Positions 59,072 through 64,000 of a stretch of DNA of 64,000 nt are shown here, piece by piece; the stretch's first letter is position 1, and each line of letters begins with the position of its first letter. The translations under genes were made by a program, and so were the position numbers. This DNA is from an uncultured Candidatus Saccharibacteria bacterium. Lineage in GTDB: Bacteria; Patescibacteriota; Dojkabacteria; SC72. The DNA is taken from the NCBI GenBank assembly GCA_964560525.1, contig CAZLLO010000001.1:78651-142650 (forward strand), in the 5' to 3' direction. Below the pieces are notes generated by a model. It was not told the DNA's origin. It did no database searches and saw nothing but the letters and a program-made list of their open reading frames with translations.

Positions 59072-60337
59072 TTAGAGATACTTGTCATACCTTCGTACAA
59101 CCATCATTGATTCTACTTGTCGCTTTACATCAAGTACTACGCCGATAACAATCAATAGACCTGTGCCAGAGATTACACTTGCGGTCATAAATCCAAAATG
59201 AATCAAGAGATTTGGTAATACAGATACCAAAGCCAAGAATATTGCACCTACAATTGTTAATCTTAAACCTACAGATTTGAGATAGTCAGAAGTAGTATTT
59301 CCAGGCCTGACACCTTGTATAAAAGCTCCTTGTTTCTGAAGATTCTCTGCCAATTCATCAGTATTAAATACTACTGTTAGGTAGAAAAGTGCGAAGGCAA
59401 TGATGAAAACAAACGAGATTGATTCATATATGTATGTATTTGAAAGCCATTCCTGAACTTTAGTTGCCCAAAGAGTAACATTTGCAGAGTAGTTTTTACT
59501 TATTAAAAACTTTGCGATTAACTGAGGAAATGATAAAAGTGACATAGCAAAGATTACTGGCATAACACCAGATTGTGTTAGCTTTATAGGTATATAGCTT
59601 TCCATTGCTCCACCTTCTCTAACCCTTCTTGAGTATTGAATTGGAACTCTTCTTTCAGCCTGTGTGATAATTATAGTTGCAACGATCAATACCAAAAATA
59701 AAGCAAAGAAGAACACTTTTTGAAAGGTATCCATTGTTACGAAGTTCGTTCTGACAGTCCCTGGTATTCCAGAGATAATGCCCAACATAATTAAATATGA
59801 AGAGCCTCCACCAACCCCTTGTTCAGAGATAAGTTCACTAAACCACATCATAACCATCGATCCACCAGTAAGTGCAGCTGACATAGCAATTAGCTCTATC
59901 GTTGGTAATGTACCCATTAACCCAAAACCTCTCAAAGTTGAATAAATAACAAATGACTGAAGTATCGCCAATGGTACTGTGGCAATTCTTGTGTACATAC
60001 TGATCTTTCTTCTTCCTTCTGGGCCTTCTTTTCTTAGTTCTGCTAATCTTGGAATCACGGTACCTAAAAGCTGAAAGATAATAGAAGCGTTAATATATGG
60101 TGTCAAACCAATAGCAACCAAAGATGCTGATTCTAAAACACCTCCTGATACGGTAGAGAGCACATCTCCTAATTGAGTACCCTGAAATAATTGAACCAAA
60201 GCATCAGCAGGAATACCTGACACTGGGATTGCGGAAAGAATTCTATATACGACAAGAATAATCAAAGAGAAGATTATCTTATTTCTAATCTCCTTAGTCT
60301 TAAATATAGACTGGATTTTCTCTTTTATATTTGTCAT
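59072..60337 (-). CDS. secY: Protein translocase SecY
   Basis: GLTPYINASII, GVMPVIFA, GVRPG, GTGLLI. Confidence 0.97.
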   Translation of the reverse strand: MTNIKEKIQSIFKTKEIRNKIIFSLIILVVYRILSAIPVSGIPADALVQLFQGTQLGDVLSTVSGGVLESASLVAIGLTPYINASIIFQLLGTVIPRLAELRKEGPEGRRKISMYTRIATVPLAILQSFVIYSTLRGFGLMGTLPTIELIAMSAALTGGSMVMMWFSELISEQGVGGGSSYLIMLGIISGIPGTVRTNFVTMDTFQKVFFFALFLVLIVATIIITQAERRVPIQYSRRVREGGAMESYIPIKLTQSGVMPVIFAMSLLSFPQLIAKFLISKNYSANVTLWATKVQEWLSNTYIYESISFVFIIAFALFYLTVVFNTDELAENLQKQGAFIQGVRPGNTTSDYLKSVGLRLTIVGAIFLALVSVLPNLLIHFGFMTASVISGTGLLIVIGVVLDVKRQVESMMVVRRYDKYL

Positions 60338-60348
60338 TTTTTGAGAGA

Positions 60349-60792
60349 CTATTTTATAGTTCCCCCTGCTTTTTCAATCTTTGTCTTCGCAGAGGAAGAT
60401 AATATGATACCATCGATAGTCAATTTGTTCTTTAATTCACCCTTACCAAGGATCTTAACATTCTCAGAATTTCTTTTAACAATACCCTTTTCTTTAAGAG
60501 AGTCAATTGTTACGACATCGCCAGATTTAAAATTCTTTTCCAAAGTATCAATGTTTACTACATCATTTTCAATCTTGTTACTCTGATTAAAGCCCTTGTA
60601 TTTTGGCATTCTTCTAAAGAAAGCTACATTACCACCTTCAAAGAATATCAAAGATTTGTGACCTGTTCTTGATTTCTGTCCTTTAGAACCTCTTCCAACA
60701 GTATGACCACCAACTCCAGAGCCATAACCTCTTCCAAGTCTTTTACCTTTCATTGTTCTATTGTTTCTCTTTGGTATATTGTCTAGATTCAT
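60349..60792 (-). CDS. rplO: 50S ribosomal protein L15
   Basis: GRGYGSG, GQKSR, FEGG. Confidence 0.97.
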   Translation of the reverse strand: MNLDNIPKRNNRTMKGKRLGRGYGSGVGGHTVGRGSKGQKSRTGHKSLIFFEGGNVAFFRRMPKYKGFNQSNKIENDVVNIDTLEKNFKSGDVVTIDSLKEKGIVKRNSENVKILGKGELKNKLTIDGIILSSSAKTKIEKAGGTIK

Positions 60793-61424
60793 TATTTTTT
60801 GCTATTAACTTTAGGTGTTCTTTTAAAATCTTTCTTTCTATTATCTTTTTTCTCTTCATGTTTCTTTGCTCTCTTTGCAGCTTCCTTTGCTTGCTTCTCT
60901 TTATCCATTTCATTCTTCAAATCAATTCTACCTCTCATCTTGGTCATCTTCTGTAATACTCTAGCACTTCTTAATGATTTTAATGCTAAGAATGTGCAAT
61001 ATGCATTTGCATTTACCTCTTGTGTTCCCAAAATCTTTCCATATACATTTACAACACCTGCTAATTCTAATACTGTTCTTACAGATGATCCTGCGATTAC
61101 ACCAGTACCTGGTCTTGCAGGTCTTAACATTACCTTAGCGGCACCATATTTGTATACAACCTCATGAGGAATAGTATCACCAATTAACTGTATTGTTTTT
61201 ACTGACTTCTCTGCTAATCTTTCACCTTTTTCGACTGCACTTTTAACATCTGCTCCTCTTCCTAATGAAACACCTACTCTACCGTTATGATCTCCTACAA
61301 CAACAATTGTGCTGAATCGTAGTCTCTTACCGCCCTTAGTAACTTTCGCTACTCTTCTGATTGGTAAAGACTTCTTATCAAATTCTCTTCTTTCTCTATT
61401 ATTGTTATTTCTTCTTGGTTCCAT
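60792..61424 (-). CDS. rpsE: 30S ribosomal protein S5
   Basis: RVAKVTKGGKR, PGTGVIAG. Confidence 0.97.
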   Translation of the reverse strand: MEPRRNNNNRERREFDKKSLPIRRVAKVTKGGKRLRFSTIVVVGDHNGRVGVSLGRGADVKSAVEKGERLAEKSVKTIQLIGDTIPHEVVYKYGAAKVMLRPARPGTGVIAGSSVRTVLELAGVVNVYGKILGTQEVNANAYCTFLALKSLRSARVLQKMTKMRGRIDLKNEMDKEKQAKEAAKRAKKHEEKKDNRKKDFKRTPKVNSKK

Positions 61425-61437
61425 TCTCTATATTTTA

Positions 61438-61761
61438 CTAAATTTTAACTCCATTATTTCTTAATTCATCTGCAAATATCTGGACTAATCCATGATATTT
61501 GTAACCACTCCTATCAAATACAGCATTATCAAATTTACTAGCTTCTTTTGCAAATGTTTTTGCCATTTTCTTAATCTCTTCGCCATTCTTCTTACACATA
61601 ACTGACTTTAGAACAATATTCTTTTCGTCATCAGCCATTCCAGCATAGAAATATCTATTGCTTTTAAAGACAAATAGTCTAGGCTTAGTAGCTGTACCAT
61701 TCACATTCTTTCTAATGTGTAACTTTCTTCTTGCTCTTTTTTGTACTTTTGTGTTTTTCAT
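61438..61761 (-). CDS. rplR: 50S ribosomal protein L18
   Basis: PRLFVFKSN, FDRSGYKYHG. Confidence 0.95.
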   Translation of the reverse strand: MKNTKVQKRARRKLHIRKNVNGTATKPRLFVFKSNRYFYAGMADDEKNIVLKSVMCKKNGEEIKKMAKTFAKEASKFDNAVFDRSGYKYHGLVQIFADELRNNGVKI

Positions 61762-61763
61762 CT

Positions 61764-62306
61764 TTATTTACCTAAGCTAGATTTAGAACTCTTTCTTCTT
61801 ACATACTCACCTTCATATCTGATACCTTTACCCTTGTAAGGTTCTGGTTTTCTGATTTCTCTTATCTTTGCTGCAAATTCTCCAACCTTTTGTTTATCAT
61901 AACCTTTAATTGTAATCTTTGTTTCATCTGGCACCTCAATTGTGACCCCGTCTATTGGTTCCACTTTAACAGGATGGTTCCACCCTAAGTTCATAGAGAG
62001 TGCCAATCCTTCCATCTTTGCTCTGTACCCAACTCCTACTAATTCCAATTTCTTCTCAAAACCGTTCTTTACTCCTTCAATAGCATTAGCTATCAGCATT
62101 CTAAATGTTCCATGGTTAGAATTTGATTGTTTAGTCTCTTCCGTAGAGCTAAGGAACATTTCATTTTCTTTGACTTCAACAGCAACATCCTTAGGAAGAG
62201 TAATTTTAATCTCTCCCTTAGCACCTGTTACTGTAACATCTTTACCGTTTACTAATACTGTTACACCTTCTTCAATTTTGATTGGTTGTAAACCTATTCT
62301 AGACAT
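61764..62306 (-). CDS. rplF: 50S ribosomal protein L6
   Basis: MSRIG, GVGYRA, PEPYKGKGIRY. Confidence 0.97.
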   Translation of the reverse strand: MSRIGLQPIKIEEGVTVLVNGKDVTVTGAKGEIKITLPKDVAVEVKENEMFLSSTEETKQSNSNHGTFRMLIANAIEGVKNGFEKKLELVGVGYRAKMEGLALSMNLGWNHPVKVEPIDGVTIEVPDETKITIKGYDKQKVGEFAAKIREIRKPEPYKGKGIRYEGEYVRRKSSKSSLGK

Positions 62307-62310
62307 TTGA

Positions 62311-62688
62311 TTACCAAATCTTACATATTAATTCACCGCCAAGACCTTTACTCTTAGCCATTGCTCCACTCATCAATCCTGAAGGTGTACTTATTATTGA
62401 GATACCTCTTCCATTCATAATAGGGATGATTTCTTTCTTAGAAACATATACTCTCTGGCCTGGTTTACTTACTCTTGTTAAGTGAGCTATTACTGGTTCT
62501 TTATCTTCGTATAGTAATTCAACAACAAGATTCCCCTCTTCTTCTTCAAAGCCACCTATCATTTTCTCTTCTTTTAAGACTCTAAGAATTTCTTTGTTGA
62601 TTTTAGTAGAGATAACTTTTGTAGTTACTTCTTTTCTCATTATTGAATTTTGTATTCTTGCTAACAAATCAGCAATTAAATCGTTCAT
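62311..62688 (-). CDS. rpsH: 30S ribosomal protein S8
   Basis: DLIADLLARI, SKPGQRVY, GGELIC. Confidence 0.97.
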   Translation of the reverse strand: MNDLIADLLARIQNSIMRKEVTTKVISTKINKEILRVLKEEKMIGGFEEEEGNLVVELLYEDKEPVIAHLTRVSKPGQRVYVSKKEIIPIMNGRGISIISTPSGLMSGAMAKSKGLGGELICKIW

Positions 62689-62708
62689 TCTATTTTTATA
62701 TAATTAAA

Positions 62709-62903
62709 TTACCAAATTGACTTCTTAACGCCAGGGATTCTTCCCTCGCTAGCTAATTGTCTGAAACATATTCTACATATTCCGTAGTGTCTGATGTATC
62801 CTCTTGATCTTCCACAAAGCTCACATCTGTTATATACCCTTGTTGGATATTTAGATTTGATCTTTAACTGTCTTGCTTTTTGTTCTTTAGCTTCTGTTGA
62901 CAT
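62709..62903 (-). CDS. rpsN: 30S ribosomal protein S14, zinc type
   Basis: RCELCGR, CRICFR, PGVKKS. Confidence 0.96.
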   Translation of the reverse strand: MSTEAKEQKARQLKIKSKYPTRVYNRCELCGRSRGYIRHYGICRICFRQLASEGRIPGVKKSIW

Positions 62904-63441
62904 CTTTTATGAAGGGAAAACCAAATTTATCTAATAGTAACTTACCATCTTTTGCATTTGTAGCTGTTGTAACAATTGTGATTTCTAATCCTCTTATCTT
63001 TGTAACATTGTTAGGATCAATTTCAATGAAGATTGTATGATCATCAATACCAATAGAATAGTTGCCTGCTTTATCAAAAGATTTAGGACTTAATCCTCTG
63101 AAATCTTTGACTCTTGGCAATACAATATTTATCAATTTATCAAAGAACTCCCACATTCTTTCACCTCTTAATGTTGCAGACACACCTATTTCCATACCTT
63201 CTCTTAGTTTGAATGCTGATACTGCTTTCTTAGCTTTATTAACAACTGGTTTTTGTCCAGATATTAACTCAACCATTTTTACAATTTCTTCCAATGCGGC
63301 TTTATTTGAGATTGCTTCTCCAGCTCCGACATTAAGAACAATCTTCTTAAGTGTAGGAACCTGCATTACATTGGTGAAGTTTCCTTCTTTCATCAACTCT
63401 GCTTTTATTCTTTTGTTGTATTCTTCACTTAATCTTGTCAT
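62887..63441 (-). CDS. rplE: 50S ribosomal protein L5
   Basis: [18 protein letters not shown]. Confidence 0.97.
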   Translation of the reverse strand: MTRLSEEYNKRIKAELMKEGNFTNVMQVPTLKKIVLNVGAGEAISNKAALEEIVKMVELISGQKPVVNKAKKAVSAFKLREGMEIGVSATLRGERMWEFFDKLINIVLPRVKDFRGLSPKSFDKAGNYSIGIDDHTIFIEIDPNNVTKIRGLEITIVTTATNAKDGKLLLDKFGFPFIKDVNRS

Positions 63442-63854
63442 TATTCTTTCTTTGAATTAGCTTTAACTTTTGTTTCTTTTTTTACTACTTTCTTAACTGT
63501 AGTCTTTTTCTCTTCTTTCTTAACCTCTACTTTTTCTTCCTTTTTATCCTCGATTACTTTTCCACATTTTTTACATATTCTTACTACTTTTCCATCTGTT
63601 CTTCTCAATCCAATTCTTGTAGCTTTACCACAGAGAGGACATACCAACATCACCTTAGATATTGACAATGGTTTTTCGATTGTTAATATCTCAGATGTCT
63701 TAGTTCTACCATCTCCTTTTAAGTGTCTTTTGTAAATATTTACACCACTTACAACTACCTTATCATTCTTAAGATCTACAGCAACAACAGGACCTGTCTT
63801 TCCGTTATCTTTTCCGTATAGTATTTTTACTGTATCACCTTTTTTAATCTTCAT
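63441..63854 (-). CDS. rplX: 50S ribosomal protein L24 with Lys-rich tail
   Basis: IKKGDTV..GKDNGK KOW motif. Confidence 0.96.
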   Translation of the reverse strand: MKIKKGDTVKILYGKDNGKTGPVVAVDLKNDKVVVSGVNIYKRHLKGDGRTKTSEILTIEKPLSISKVMLVCPLCGKATRIGLRRTDGKVVRICKKCGKVIEDKKEEKVEVKKEEKKTTVKKVVKKETKVKANSKKE

Positions 63855-63870
63855 TTCAATATTTATTAAA

Positions 63871-64000
63871 TTACAATACTTCTGGTGCTAGAGAAACGAT
63901 TTTATCAAATCCTCTATCCTTTAATTCTCTTGCTACTGGGCCAAATATTCTTGAACCTTTTGGTGCTTTGCTCTTTGGATCTATCATTACACCTGCGTTA
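63871..64000 (-). CDS. rplN: 50S ribosomal protein L14, C-terminal part
   Basis: ...[30 protein letters not shown]. Confidence 0.95.
   Translation of the reverse strand, partial: NAGVMIDPKSKAPKGSRIFGPVARELKDRGFDKIVSLAPEVL

Noticed and set aside
1-64000. CRISPR array, prophage, integrase, recoded stop codons and the many short antisense ORFs in the track
   Set aside because: No spaced repeats or phage genes seen; TGA acts as a normal stop (e.g. 6533); the short ORFs are shadows of real genes

Overview
AT-rich, gene-dense core chromosome segment of a Patescibacteria/CPR bacterium. The assignment is an inference: rpmD/L30 is absent from the spc operon, most starts lack a Shine-Dalgarno site, and there is a form II/III RuBisCO; Dojkabacteria-like is a guess. 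Contents: a ~15.6 kb surface-glycan cluster (GT11 fucosyltransferase, Wzm/Wzt, three GT-C membrane glycosyltransferases, GT2/GT4, Wzx, nucleotide-sugar dehydrogenase); a redox/nucleotide block (DsbA, HIT, ferredoxin, rubrerythrin, Prs convergent with RuBisCO); ddl; tRNA-Pro; degenerate SecD/SecF; miaA; serS; lysS; glyQS; two Gre factors; trmD; tRNA-Glu; pyrH; HU; rny; tgt/queA; fmt; a REP-flanked Y1 transposase; RNase P RNA; and the distal spc/alpha ribosomal operon. The most notable unannotated signals are non-coding. (1) A 700-bp locus at 36730-37403 holds two promoter-driven, plus-strand structured RNAs, including a 6S-like rod, a tRNA mimic with no anticodon arm and a three-way junction. 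(2) A Ser-codon-rich leader peptide with a hairpin lies upstream of serS. (3) A probable 6S RNA lies upstream of rny. All RNA structures were paired by eye and are not computed.
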